From Pseudomonadota bacterium (GTDB taxonomy: Bacteria > Pseudomonadota > Gammaproteobacteria > Xanthomonadales > SZUA-38), in contig JBCCZC010000001.1 of the NCBI GenBank assembly GCA_039188505.1, forward strand, positions 1 to 58,122: a stretch of DNA of 58,122 nt. The letters are read 5' to 3'. The translations under genes and the position numbers were made by a program. Below the pieces are notes generated by a model that searched no databases, was not told the origin of the DNA, and saw only the letters and a list, made by a program, of their open reading frames with translations. How positions within the stretch are numbered: the first letter of the stretch is position 1; the number at the start of each line of letters is the position of its first letter. Below are positions 49,584-58,122 of the stretch, in pieces.

Positions 49584-51320
49584 ATGGGGGATCGCATCGC
49601 TACCCACCGGCCGGCCGGGTTGCTGGCTTTCGTTCTGACTGTCGCCGCCGGGCTTGCCGCGGTTTACGCGCCACCGGCGCATTCCTGCCGCTACGTGCAG
49701 CCCCCGCCGGACTGCGCCAAGACCATCGTCGTCAGTCCCACGGTGCCGAGCGTGCTGGTCGTCCCCGACGGGGGCGGGACGGTCAACATCACCTCCCTGG
49801 TGGAGCTGAAGATGTTCGAGTCTCCGCCCGGAAGCGGCATCTGCCCGGACGAGCCCTATCTCATCGACCTGAACCTCACGCTCGACTGTGATCCCGGCGG
49901 TGATGGTTCCGGCGTCAGCATGGACGTTCCCATCGACCTCGGACCCAACTTCGTCACGGTCCCGGTGACCGTCGCCGACGGACTGGCCCGGAAGTGCAAC
50001 CTCACCGCCGACGCGACGCTCAGCCTGACCGACGGCATGATCCTGACGAGCCAGCAGCAGGTCATGGCCTGCATCGGCAGACCCGCGGGGTCACGCAAGG
50101 GCGTCCTCCCGCCGCAGCTTGACATGCAGATCCTCGATGCGCGGGGCAACAGCGTCGGGACCGTCGGCCTGCATCCCGCCGGCGGGTCGGCCTACACGGA
50201 GATCGTGCTCACGAACAACGATCCGGGTGCGACCTTCAACGGCGACCTGACCATCAACTCCAGAAACGTCTCCGGCGTCATCCCAGGCATGTCGGGCCCG
50301 CAGCCGCCCCAGACCGGGGTCTTCTCCATCACCGCGGTGGTCGGCGACCATTTCAACTTCGGTGTCGGCGACGATCTCGAGCTCCCCAATTGCCCACCGC
50401 CCGGCGATCCATTCGACCCGACAACGCCGCAGGAGACGATCGCGGTGACGGGACTCGCACCGGGCGAGTCGATCAGCTTCGACGTCTTCACCCGCGCTCA
50501 CGGCGCCTGCCCGTCCGGTTCGTGCAGCCGGCTCTTCGCGCTGGCCGAGGGCACCTTCTCGGGCGCCGGCGGGGGGCCCGGCGAGGCCTTCGCGTGCAGC
50601 TCGGTGAACGCCAAGGCGGACAGTGACGTCCCGCCGAACGACGTGAACTGCACCGACGGCGGCATGCAGACGCCGGCAACCGCCACCGGTTTCGACTTCA
50701 AGAAGGACGGCATGGAGCTGACCTACGGCCTCGACAACGTCGGCGGCGGCGTCTTCGGCAAGGCAATTCCGATCCTGCCGTGGCGCGCCGGTCCTGCCGA
50801 CGGCCAGTTCTATTTCGACAGCCACCAGATGGACCTTGGCGGCGTGGTCGACTTCGGACCGGTTTTCGGCGCCGACTTCCGCTACGACATCCTGGCCGAC
50901 CTCCTCGATCCGGACGACAGCTTCGGTGAATGGCGTTTCGAGGGCCTTCCGCCGGCGGAGAACCAGCCGTTCGGCCTATCCTTCCTCGGCGAGGCGCCGC
51001 TCTTCTGGGACGGCCAGCCGATCGGTGATTTCCACATCAAGATCAGCGGCCAGATCCAGGTCGAACGCGAATCCGGCGAACTCGTCACGGCGACGTCTGG
51101 GACGACCGATACGGCGGGCACCTTCGGTCAGGACCAGGCGCTGCTGCATCTGTCGAACTTCCAGCTAGCGGAGATCGCAAAGGGCAGCACGAACGTCAGC
51201 AACATCTACTACACGACCTTCACCAACGGCTTCATCCATATGAACGAGCCGATGGTCCGGCTGGGCTTCGAGCGTCCGCCGGGGCCGCGCCTCGATGCCT
51301 GCCGCGACACGGGCTGCTGA
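49584..51320 (+). CDS. hypothetical exported Cys-containing protein (578 aa)
   Basis: AGGGGAGGG lies 4 nt before ATG 49584. An N-terminal hydrophobic segment LLAFVLTVAAGLAAV, a predicted all-beta Gly/Pro/Asp-rich sequence with about 14 Cys. No family recognised. Confidence 0.65.
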   Translation: MGDRIATHRPAGLLAFVLTVAAGLAAVYAPPAHSCRYVQPPPDCAKTIVVSPTVPSVLVVPDGGGTVNITSLVELKMFESPPGSGICPDEPYLIDLNLTLDCDPGGDGSGVSMDVPIDLGPNFVTVPVTVADGLARKCNLTADATLSLTDGMILTSQQQVMACIGRPAGSRKGVLPPQLDMQILDARGNSVGTVGLHPAGGSAYTEIVLTNNDPGATFNGDLTINSRNVSGVIPGMSGPQPPQTGVFSITAVVGDHFNFGVGDDLELPNCPPPGDPFDPTTPQETIAVTGLAPGESISFDVFTRAHGACPSGSCSRLFALAEGTFSGAGGGPGEAFACSSVNAKADSDVPPNDVNCTDGGMQTPATATGFDFKKDGMELTYGLDNVGGGVFGKAIPILPWRAGPADGQFYFDSHQMDLGGVVDFGPVFGADFRYDILADLLDPDDSFGEWRFEGLPPAENQPFGLSFLGEAPLFWDGQPIGDFHIKISGQIQVERESGELVTATSGTTDTAGTFGQDQALLHLSNFQLAEIAKGSTNVSNIYYTTFTNGFIHMNEPMVRLGFERPPGPRLDACRDTGC

Positions 51321-51327
51321 CCGCTGG

Positions 51328-51360
51328 CCGGGGCAGGTCGGCGACCTCCGCCTGCCCCGG
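51328..51360 (+). terminator. hairpin after the 578-aa gene (terminator-like, no U-tract)
   Basis: CCGGGGCAGG-13 nt-CCTGCCCCGG, a 10-bp perfect stem starting 8 nt after the stop codon. Confidence 0.4.
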
Positions 51361-51538
51361 ACCGTCCACCGGTCGCGGCGCCGCTGACCGACCGTCACGA
51401 TAGTCACGGATGCGTTGACGATTCCATCCAAAATCGTGAAATCTACGTAAGAAAAAAGTTAACGATCTGCTATGATTCCTAACGCTGGGGGGAGCAGCAA
51501 TCACGGGCACAGGCGTCCGGCTATGCCGTTTTCCCTCA

Positions 51539-51557
51539 GGTAATCAAATACATAATA
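51539..51557. promoter_or_regulatory. weak candidate Fur box upstream of the TonB-dependent receptor
   Basis: ggtaatcaaatacataata matches 12 of 19 positions of the Fur consensus (hand aligned). It sits in an AT-rich island immediately 5' of the RBS ACGGAGGA. Confidence 0.25.
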
Positions 51558-51576
51558 GTTACGGAGGAATCTCAAC

Positions 51577-54414
51577 ATGCCACGCAGACTACTGCTGCCA
51601 GGGCTGATCGCGAGTATTCTCGCGGGCGCCCCCGTGCAGGCCCAGGAAGAGGGCATCGAGGAGGTCGTCGTCACCGGCTCGCGTATCCGCCAGAGCCCCC
51701 TCGACGTCCGCACACCGGTCCAGTTTCTCACCGCCGAGGATATCGAGAAAAGCGGTCAGCTCTCGATCGCCGAGTTCGTCCAGCGGTTGCCGATCTCAGG
51801 CTCGGCGATCAATCGTACGAACAACTCCTCAGGCAACCTCGGCTTCCCGCCGGACGGCTCCGGTATCGGCGCCGGCGCCGCCGAGATCGATCTGCGCTTC
51901 CTCCAGTCCAAGCGCGTCCTGGTTCTCGTCGATGGCCGCCGCTGGGTGCGCGGCTCGTCGGCTTCCGGTGTGTCCGGCGCCGTCGACCTGAACACGATTC
52001 CCAAGAACGCCATCAAGGCCATCGAGATCCTCCAGGATGGCGCGTCGGCCATCTACGGCACCGACGCCATCGGCGGCGTGGTGAACATCATCACCCGCGA
52101 CGACTACGACTCCCTGAAGGTCAGCGCCCACTACGGTGAGTTCGACGACGGCGATGGTGAATCCACCGAGATCGACGTCGCCTGGGGCGCATCAAACGAC
52201 GTGGCGCGCGTCTTTCTCGATGCGAGCTTCACCGATCAGAAGGGCGTCGGCGCCGGCGATCGAGCCATCTCCGCTGAGTCGATCTTCGGCGCGCCCTTCC
52301 CGGGCGCCAGCTCGGGCACGCCGGACGGCCGCTTCATCTTCACCGATCCGCGCACTGGCCAGACCGTCAACATTACACCGAACACGACGTTCCCGACCTA
52401 CGACCCGAACAACCCGGGGAGCGGTGATTTCCGGAACTTCACCAACGACGACCGGTTCAACTACCAGCCGTTCAACTTCATCCTCACGCCCAACCGCCGC
52501 GTCAGCCTCTTCGGCAAGGCCGAGTACGACATCTCGGACACGACGACACTGCGGCTGCTGACCTCCTACAACAACCGTGAGTCGACCAGCCGCGCCGCCC
52601 CGGAACCGCTGTTCTTCGGCCCCGCCGGTGGCGGCGGTGCCTTCATGGAGAACCTCTTCTGGCCGGCCGATCATCCGTTCAACCCCTACGGCGTTGATCT
52701 CGGTCCCGATGAGATCGTGTTCTTCGGGCGCCGCCCCATCGAGGCCGGCCCGCGGATCTTCGATCAGGAGGTCGACACCTGGTACATCTCCGTCGGTGCC
52801 GACGGGTCCTTCGACGTGGGCGACCGCGTCCTCGACTGGGACGTTACGGCGATCTGGGCCGAGAACCAGGCGAGCCAGCGCAAGCAGGGCGCCTTCAACG
52901 CACGCAACCTGATCCTCGCCCTCGGGCCCACGGAGAACTGCGCCATCGTGCCGAACTGCACGCCCGTGAACATCGTGGGTGAAGGTGCACTGACGCAAGA
53001 GATGCTCGACTTCGTGACCTTCATCCAGAAGGACGAGAGCGAGCAGGAACTGTTCGACTTCACAGCGAACCTGGTCGGCGACTTCAACGGTTTCGCCGCC
53101 GGCGACATCGGCTGGGCCGTCGGCTACGAGTATCGCGAGGAGGAAGGCTTCTTCGTCCCCGATGCGGTGGTAAGCAGCGGCGAGACCGCCGGTGTTCCCG
53201 CCAGCCCGACTGCAGGCAAGTTTGACGTCAACGAGGTCTACGGCGAGGTCGTGGTGCCGCTGCTGGCGGACATGCCGGGTGCCGATCGACTCGACTTCAG
53301 CGCCGCCTTCCGCTGGTCCGACTACGAGCTCTTCGGCAGCGACACGGTCTTCGGCCTTGGCGCCAACTGGGCGCCGACGGAGAATTTCCTCGTGCGCGCG
53401 AGCTTCAACGAGGGGCTGCGGGCGCCGAACATCGGTGAACTCTTCAACACCGGCTCCCGGTTCGACTCGAGCATCAATGACCCGTGTTCGAACGCGGATC
53501 CGGCGGATGCAGCGAACTGTGCGGCCCTCGGGGTTCCGCCGGACTTCGTGACCATCAACCCGCAGATCGGCGTCACCACAGGCGGTAACGCGGACCTTCA
53601 GCCGGAGACGTCGGACACGTTCACCGTCGGCTTCGTCTGGGACATCGCCGCCGCCGATTCGTGGGATTCCGTCGAGGCACTGACGATCGAGGCGAACTAC
53701 TACGACATCGAGATCGACGACGCGATCCAGGCGCCGAACGCCCAGGACCTCGTCAACGGCTGCGTGAACACGCTCGAGCCGATCTTCTGCGACGCGGTGA
53801 CCCGCTCGCCGGACGGCACGATCACCAACGTGGACGGCGTGCTCTCGAATATCGGTGGCATCGAGACCTCGGGCTTCGACCTGACCGTGTCCCTCGACTT
53901 CGCGCCAACCGACAACTGGGGTCAGTTCCGGTTCCAGTGGGTCTCGACGTTCCTCGATGACTACACCGAAATCACGAAGGGACCCGACGGCGATATCCGC
54001 ACGGATCGCGCCGGAACGGAGCTCGGCTCGCCGGAGCGCGCGTTCATCGAGAACAAGTCGACACTGTTCACGGACTGGTCGATCGGCGACTGGAACACCC
54101 GCCTGGCCGTTCGCTACCTGAGCTCGATCGATGAGGCTTGCGGCGGCGCGACGGGCGACTTCGGTCTGTTCGAACTGTGCTCGAACGGCGAGGACGGCAA
54201 CGTGCTGGGCAGCACGACGTACGTCGACGCGTCGGTGACCTGGGCCCCGCAGGACCTGCTCGACGGTCGTGCGCAGTTCATGTTCGGCGTGGACAACCTC
54301 TTCGACGAGGATCCGCCGGTCTGCCGTTCCTGCGATCTGAACAGCTTCGACGGCACGGCCTACCCGATTCCCGGCCAGATGATCTACGGGCGCGTGACCT
54401 ACACGCTCGACTGA
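51577..54414 (+). CDS. TonB-dependent receptor
   Basis: Signal peptide, a TonB-box-like EEVVVTGSR, a plug ([25 protein letters not shown]) and a 22-strand-size barrel. The C-terminal region is GRVTYTLD. 945 aa. Confidence 0.9.
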   Translation: MPRRLLLPGLIASILAGAPVQAQEEGIEEVVVTGSRIRQSPLDVRTPVQFLTAEDIEKSGQLSIAEFVQRLPISGSAINRTNNSSGNLGFPPDGSGIGAGAAEIDLRFLQSKRVLVLVDGRRWVRGSSASGVSGAVDLNTIPKNAIKAIEILQDGASAIYGTDAIGGVVNIITRDDYDSLKVSAHYGEFDDGDGESTEIDVAWGASNDVARVFLDASFTDQKGVGAGDRAISAESIFGAPFPGASSGTPDGRFIFTDPRTGQTVNITPNTTFPTYDPNNPGSGDFRNFTNDDRFNYQPFNFILTPNRRVSLFGKAEYDISDTTTLRLLTSYNNRESTSRAAPEPLFFGPAGGGGAFMENLFWPADHPFNPYGVDLGPDEIVFFGRRPIEAGPRIFDQEVDTWYISVGADGSFDVGDRVLDWDVTAIWAENQASQRKQGAFNARNLILALGPTENCAIVPNCTPVNIVGEGALTQEMLDFVTFIQKDESEQELFDFTANLVGDFNGFAAGDIGWAVGYEYREEEGFFVPDAVVSSGETAGVPASPTAGKFDVNEVYGEVVVPLLADMPGADRLDFSAAFRWSDYELFGSDTVFGLGANWAPTENFLVRASFNEGLRAPNIGELFNTGSRFDSSINDPCSNADPADAANCAALGVPPDFVTINPQIGVTTGGNADLQPETSDTFTVGFVWDIAAADSWDSVEALTIEANYYDIEIDDAIQAPNAQDLVNGCVNTLEPIFCDAVTRSPDGTITNVDGVLSNIGGIETSGFDLTVSLDFAPTDNWGQFRFQWVSTFLDDYTEITKGPDGDIRTDRAGTELGSPERAFIENKSTLFTDWSIGDWNTRLAVRYLSSIDEACGGATGDFGLFELCSNGEDGNVLGSTTYVDASVTWAPQDLLDGRAQFMFGVDNLFDEDPPVCRSCDLNSFDGTAYPIPGQMIYGRVTYTLD

Positions 54415-54436
54415 TCGGATCGGAAGTCGGTAACCT

Positions 54437-54475
54437 CAGCGGCGGTTCCTTCGGGAGCCGCCGCTGTCATTTTCT
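54437..54475 (+). terminator. Rho-independent terminator after the TonB-dependent receptor
   Basis: CAGCGGCGG-12 nt-CCGCCGCTG followed by TCATTTTC. Confidence 0.7.
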
Positions 54476-54487
54476 GGAGTCCTTCCG

Positions 54488-55399
54488 ATGGCGCAGGCTG
54501 ATCTCTGGAGTCCCTACTGGCAGGCTGACCCGCAGCCCGCCAGCATCGACGCGTTTCCGACCGACGTCCGCGACGCGATCGAGTTGCGATGGCTCACGCA
54601 CTTCCGCCGGCTGCCTGCGGGCGCCCGCGTCCTCGACATCGGCTGCGGCGCCGGGGCGCTGGCGGTCCTGGCGGCGCGGGCGGCCACGGCCGAGCACCCG
54701 CTGGACTTCACGGGCATCGATCTCGCAGCGGACGTCCCGACAGCGCCGGCGACCGCTTTTCTCGCGGCCCGCTTTCTCGGTGGCCAGGACGCCGCGGCCC
54801 TGTCCTTCGGCGACGCCGCCTTCGACCTGGTGGTGAGCCAGTTCGGGTTCGAGTACGGCGACTTCGACCCATCGCTGATCGAAGCGGCCCGGGTCTGCCG
54901 GGGCGCGCTCCTCGCCCTCGTTCACGCCGCGGACGGCAGCGTTGTACAGCAGAACGCACCGCTGGCCGGCCAGGTGGACTGGCTTCTCGATGAGCGGCAG
55001 CTACCGGCAACGCTGCGAGGCTACCTGGAGACCGGCTCGGCCGAGGCTGCCCGGGACCTGAAGGGTCTGTCCGGCGCCATGGTCGAGCGCGCCCGGACAA
55101 TGCCGAACGCAGCGTTTCTCGAAGCGGCGTCGCGCGCCATTGGCGAATTCATCCAGGCCTTTGCCGGCAAGCCGGCGGCTGCCTGGTCCGAGCCGCTCGA
55201 ACGCTTCGAGGCGGCGCTGCGCAACCACGGTAGCCGCATGCGCGCACTCGGTGCCGCCGGCCGCTCCGAGAGCGAACTGCGGCGCGCGTGCGAGCGGCTC
55301 CGGGAGCTCGGTTTTGCGACCGCGACGGTCGATCCGCTGCTCTCACCCGGTGGCCGACACCTCGTGGGCTACTGGCTCGAGGCGCGCCGACCGCTCTAG
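54488..55399 (+). CDS. class I SAM-dependent methyltransferase
   Basis: Motif I ARVLDIGCGAGALAV, then an acidic motif II region and motif III FDLVVSQF. Confidence 0.8.
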   Translation: MAQADLWSPYWQADPQPASIDAFPTDVRDAIELRWLTHFRRLPAGARVLDIGCGAGALAVLAARAATAEHPLDFTGIDLAADVPTAPATAFLAARFLGGQDAAALSFGDAAFDLVVSQFGFEYGDFDPSLIEAARVCRGALLALVHAADGSVVQQNAPLAGQVDWLLDERQLPATLRGYLETGSAEAARDLKGLSGAMVERARTMPNAAFLEAASRAIGEFIQAFAGKPAAAWSEPLERFEAALRNHGSRMRALGAAGRSESELRRACERLRELGFATATVDPLLSPGGRHLVGYWLEARRPL

Positions 55400-55499
55400 C
55401 GACGACCGCTGGGTCAGCCCGATCGAGCGCTCCATATTGGCTCCACACTGTGATCCGAAACTTCGATCGCATGGGAAACGGAACCAATGGAGTCGAGGC

Positions 55500-55887
55500 C
55501 ATGTCCCTCTGGATCGCATTCATCATCACCGCCGCCACGATCTTTGCTCTGAGCCGCCGACTCGCCGATCCCGGCGGCCGCCGATCAGCCGAACCCACCC
55601 GCCCGCCGCGTGCCGGCCTGTGGCGTTTTGAAGCGGATCTGCACTGCGAACGCGGCCGACGTCGGGTCGGAGAACTCGTCCATGGCCATGAACGACACCT
55701 CCCCGCCCAGCCCTGCGAGGCGCAGGGATGCGGCTGCCGCTATGTACCCGTTGCCGAGCGGCGCCGGACGCAGCGCCGCCTGGCCGCGGACCGCCGCGAC
55801 ACCATCCGCTTCGAGAAGACCTCGGATCGCCGCAACCAGACCGACCGCCGGCGCGATTGCGACCTCTGGCTGGGCCGCAGCGTCTAG
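55500..55887 (+). CDS. hypothetical small membrane-anchored Arg/Cys-rich protein
   Basis: GGAG lies 8 nt before ATG 55500. An N-terminal TM helix LWIAFIITAATIFAL is followed by a basic tail with 5 Cys and repeated DRR/RRR motifs. Third-position GC is high in this frame. The coding call is tentative. Confidence 0.35.
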
Positions 55888-55966
55888 CTATCGTCTGGAA
55901 CCGGCAGCGCTTGCCCCGGGTCGGGCACGCACCCATCGTTTCCGGGCGGGCACGGGTCCGAACGCG

Positions 55967-56576
55967 TCAGCTGACGCGATCCCAGAATTCGGTGCGATCG
56001 TTGGTGCGCGGAAAGACGCCTTCGGGCACCGGCACCTCGAGGAACTCACATAGCGGTGCCCAGCCCTGCTTGACCTCGAAGACGAGCAACCGGTCCGCCG
56101 GAACGGTCTCCCGCACGGCGGCGTTGTGGGCCTCGAACCGCGCCTTCAGCGCCGCGTGATCCAGCCCCAGGGGAAAGCCCGTTCTGGCGATGATCCGGCG
56201 CGCCATCGCGAGCCACTCTCGCTGGTCGGGCAGGCGCTTTGTCGGCCATGGCCAGGAGCCGGTAGATCGTCGCACCGAAACTCCGCGCCCACCGGTCCGG
56301 GTCCCGTTCCGTGAGGACAAAGCGTGCGTGAGGACAGTGCTCCGCCAGCTCGCGGAAGAAGGCGGCGGTGGGCCAGTCGACGGCGCTGCCGAAGCCGGCG
56401 TAGATCGACGCCCAGTCCGGATGGCCCGCGTGGGCGTCGTTCCAGAGGGGCACCTGCACCGGCATGTTCGCGAGGACCTGATCCATGTGATGGCAGGGCC
56501 CGAATCCCAACGCGTTGATCGCCAGCTTCAGTGACATGGTGCCGGTTCGTCCGACGCCGCAACCGATGACTTCCAT
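55967..56576 (-). pseudogene. sulfotransferase (Sulfotransfer_4-like) with a frameshift
   Basis: The N-terminal part MEVIGCGVGRTGTMSLKLAINALGF...YRLLAMADK is in one frame. The C-terminal part RLPDQREWLAMARRIIARTGF...FPRTNDRTEFWDRV is in another. The frames switch near 56235-56245. Confidence 0.75.
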
Positions 56577-56748
56577 GAGTCTACCCCCGCGCAACCGGCC
56601 GCCAGCCTAGGCCGGCCCGGCGTTCCCCGTCAACGCTGGAATCCCGGGCGTTCCGGGGCCCGCTCGTCGACTGCTCGGGCGCCGCTCGTTTCTTTCGGAC
56701 CGACCTGCCGCAGCTTCGTGGCTCCAACCAGGACTACGGAGCATCGCC

Positions 56749-57033
56749 ATGGAACGCGCACCTCTTCGAAGCGCTCTAGCCTGCCTCACGATCGTCATCC
56801 TTGCCGGCTGCGGCGCCCGGGGTGGCGCCACCATCCCCGACGGCGCAACGTTCAGCCTGGCGCCGGACCAGCCGCAGGACGTGCGGGCCCTGCTCGAGCA
56901 CCAGCATCGCCAGCGCTACCTTGCCGATCGCCGTCGCTGCCTGGCCCGCGGCGGGCGGATGGTGATCCAGGCGAGCCACGCGCTCGGTCGCCAGACGATG
57001 CCGCGGCGCGGCGACTTCTACACCTGCGCCTGA
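56749..57033 (+). CDS. hypothetical small lipoprotein
   Basis: Lipobox IVILAGC, 94 aa, SD-like ACGGAG upstream. Confidence 0.55.
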   Translation: MERAPLRSALACLTIVILAGCGARGGATIPDGATFSLAPDQPQDVRALLEHQHRQRYLADRRRCLARGGRMVIQASHALGRQTMPRRGDFYTCA

Positions 57034-57180
57034 CGCGCAGCCAGCGCGGCCGCGCCGACTCGGCGAGCGACAGAGTCCCGGAGAAACCCGACGGAGCATC
57101 ACCCCACCGCTGACGAACGACACGGGTCAGCCCGCGGGTGGCCCGCTACCTTCGGGGCATGGAAGGTGCGGACTCCCGGC

Positions 57181-58122
57181 GTGACTGAACACGCATTTCG
57201 CCTCGGCGATTGGCTCGTCACACCCGCGAGGCATGCCCTCGAGCGGGACGGCGAGGTCATCCGTCTGAAGCCCAAGGCCATGGCCGTGCTCGAACAGCTG
57301 GCCGGGGCCGCGGGGGACGTCGTGCCCCGCGACGAGCTCTTCGCTGCGGTCTGGCCCGGCTGCGCCGTCACCGATGACACGCTGACCCAGTGCGTGGTGG
57401 AGCTTCGTCGGGCCCTCGGGGACTCCGCTCGCGCTCCCCGGTTCATCGAGACGGTGCCCCGGCGTGGCTTCCGCCTGCTGGCCGACGTTCAGGTCACGGA
57501 GGCCGCGGTGGCCCGACACGTCGTCCGGCGCCGGTGGCCCGTCCTGGCCGCCCTGGTCGCACTCGCAGCCGTGGCGCTGACAACGCTGGCGACCATGCCG
57601 CGTTCCGCTGCGCCGTCGGCGCAGTCGCTGGCGGTCCTGCCCTTCGCCGACTTGAGCCCGTCCGAGGACTACGGCTTCTTCGCTGACGGCCTCACCGAGG
57701 AGCTGATCAACCGGCTGAGCATGCTGGACGGACTGCAGGTCACCGGACGCACCTCGGCCTTCCAGTTCCGCGGCGGCGTCGATGACCTCGGCGACGTCCG
57801 CGAGCGGCTCGGCGTGACCTGGGTACTCGACGGCAGCGTTCGCCGCGACCGGGGGCGACTGCGCGTGAGCGCACAGCTCATCGACACCGCGACCGGCTAC
57901 CCGGCATGGCTCGAGACCTACGAGGAGAACAGCACCGGAATCTTCGAGATCCAGGACGGGATCGCCGAAGCCGTCGCCGGTGCCCTGAGTGTACGGCTGG
58001 GCGTCGGACACCTGGGCCGTGAGCCGGGCGGCACCCGCAACCTTGATGCCTATGAGGCGCACATCCAGGGCAATGCGCTGTACGCGGAGTTCACCGCCGA
58101 GGCCATGCGTCAGGCCGCGGCC
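57181..58122 (+). CDS. CadC/OmpR-type winged-helix transcriptional regulator with TM and periplasmic TolB-N/TPR-like region (3' partial, runs off the window)
   Basis: Not in the ORF track because there is no stop inside the window. Read from GTG 57181: VTEHAFRLGDWLVTPARHALERDGEVIRLKPKAMAVLEQLAGAAGDVVPRDELFAAVWPG..DDTLTQCVVELRRAL..FIETVPRRGFRL. This is followed by the TM helix WPVLAALVALAAVAL and then SLAVLPFADLS. Confidence 0.8.
   Translation, partial: MTEHAFRLGDWLVTPARHALERDGEVIRLKPKAMAVLEQLAGAAGDVVPRDELFAAVWPGCAVTDDTLTQCVVELRRALGDSARAPRFIETVPRRGFRLLADVQVTEAAVARHVVRRRWPVLAALVALAAVALTTLATMPRSAAPSAQSLAVLPFADLSPSEDYGFFADGLTEELINRLSMLDGLQVTGRTSAFQFRGGVDDLGDVRERLGVTWVLDGSVRRDRGRLRVSAQLIDTATGYPAWLETYEENSTGIFEIQDGIAEAVAGALSVRLGVGHLGREPGGTRNLDAYEAHIQGNALYAEFTAEAMRQAAA

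Noticed and set aside
51361-51576. A possible riboswitch or leader (for example cobalamin) in the 216-nt AT-richer region upstream of the TonB-dependent receptor.
   Set aside because: I could not find a B12 box or any other riboswitch core I recognise. I see only a possible sigma70-like TTGACG-16 nt-TGAAAT and a weak Fur-like site. A covariance-model scan would be needed to exclude an RNA element.
55526-55936. A minus-strand 136-aa ORF, and a protein-like minus-strand frame (..PEVAIAPAVGLVAAIRGLLEADGVAAVRG..), opposite the small Arg/Cys-rich ORF.
   Set aside because: The 136-aa ORF is Arg/Gly low complexity. The protein-like frame has a TAG immediately upstream and no start codon until its last roughly 35 codons. 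The plus-strand ORF has an SD and a TM helix, but remains low confidence.
57127-58062. A 311-aa minus-strand ORF at the right end.
   Set aside because: It is antisense to a clearly recognisable CadC/OmpR-type regulator read from GTG 57181 on the plus strand. That gene is absent from the ORF track only because it has no stop inside the window.

Overview
This is a GC-rich segment (roughly two-thirds G+C by eye, not computed) that is almost entirely coding. It most likely comes from a marine or halophilic gammaproteobacterium, because it carries a complete, translationally coupled Na+-translocating NADH:quinone reductase operon (nqrABCDEF-apbE-nqrM). I call about 50 protein genes and see no rRNA, tRNA, CRISPR array, transposase or integrase. 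Blocks from left to right: (1) a decayed C5-methyltransferase/HA-domain remnant plus a small EAL (c-di-GMP) module; (2) a six-gene Atu-like acyl-CoA carboxylase operon, divergent from acyl-CoA dehydrogenase + TetR, with a perfect palindrome in the shared control region; (3) a TonB-C protein, a lipoprotein, a DUF885 protein and an orphan class I HMG-CoA reductase; (4) an Fe3+ ABC importer; (5) a sulfotransferase, an NSS transporter/2OG oxygenase/class II aldolase operon and a DsrE-like protein; (6) a 1200-aa beta-propeller sensor kinase, an SGNH hydrolase and PagL; (7) a Rieske oxygenase; (8) the NQR operon; (9) two large uncharacterised secreted proteins flanking an ABC exporter, then a TonB-dependent receptor and a methyltransferase; (10) a CadC-like regulator running off the right edge. 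The most unusual thing I can see directly is not a new gene family. It is the number of otherwise full-length genes carrying a single lesion: an in-frame TGA in the carboxylase alpha subunit, two in-frame TAGs in a TonB-dependent receptor, two 1-nt frameshifts, and a conserved AtuA N-terminus with no canonical start codon. Candidate uncharacterised modules are listed in the findings with modest scores, and none can be given a function from sequence alone. CDS coordinates include the stop codon.
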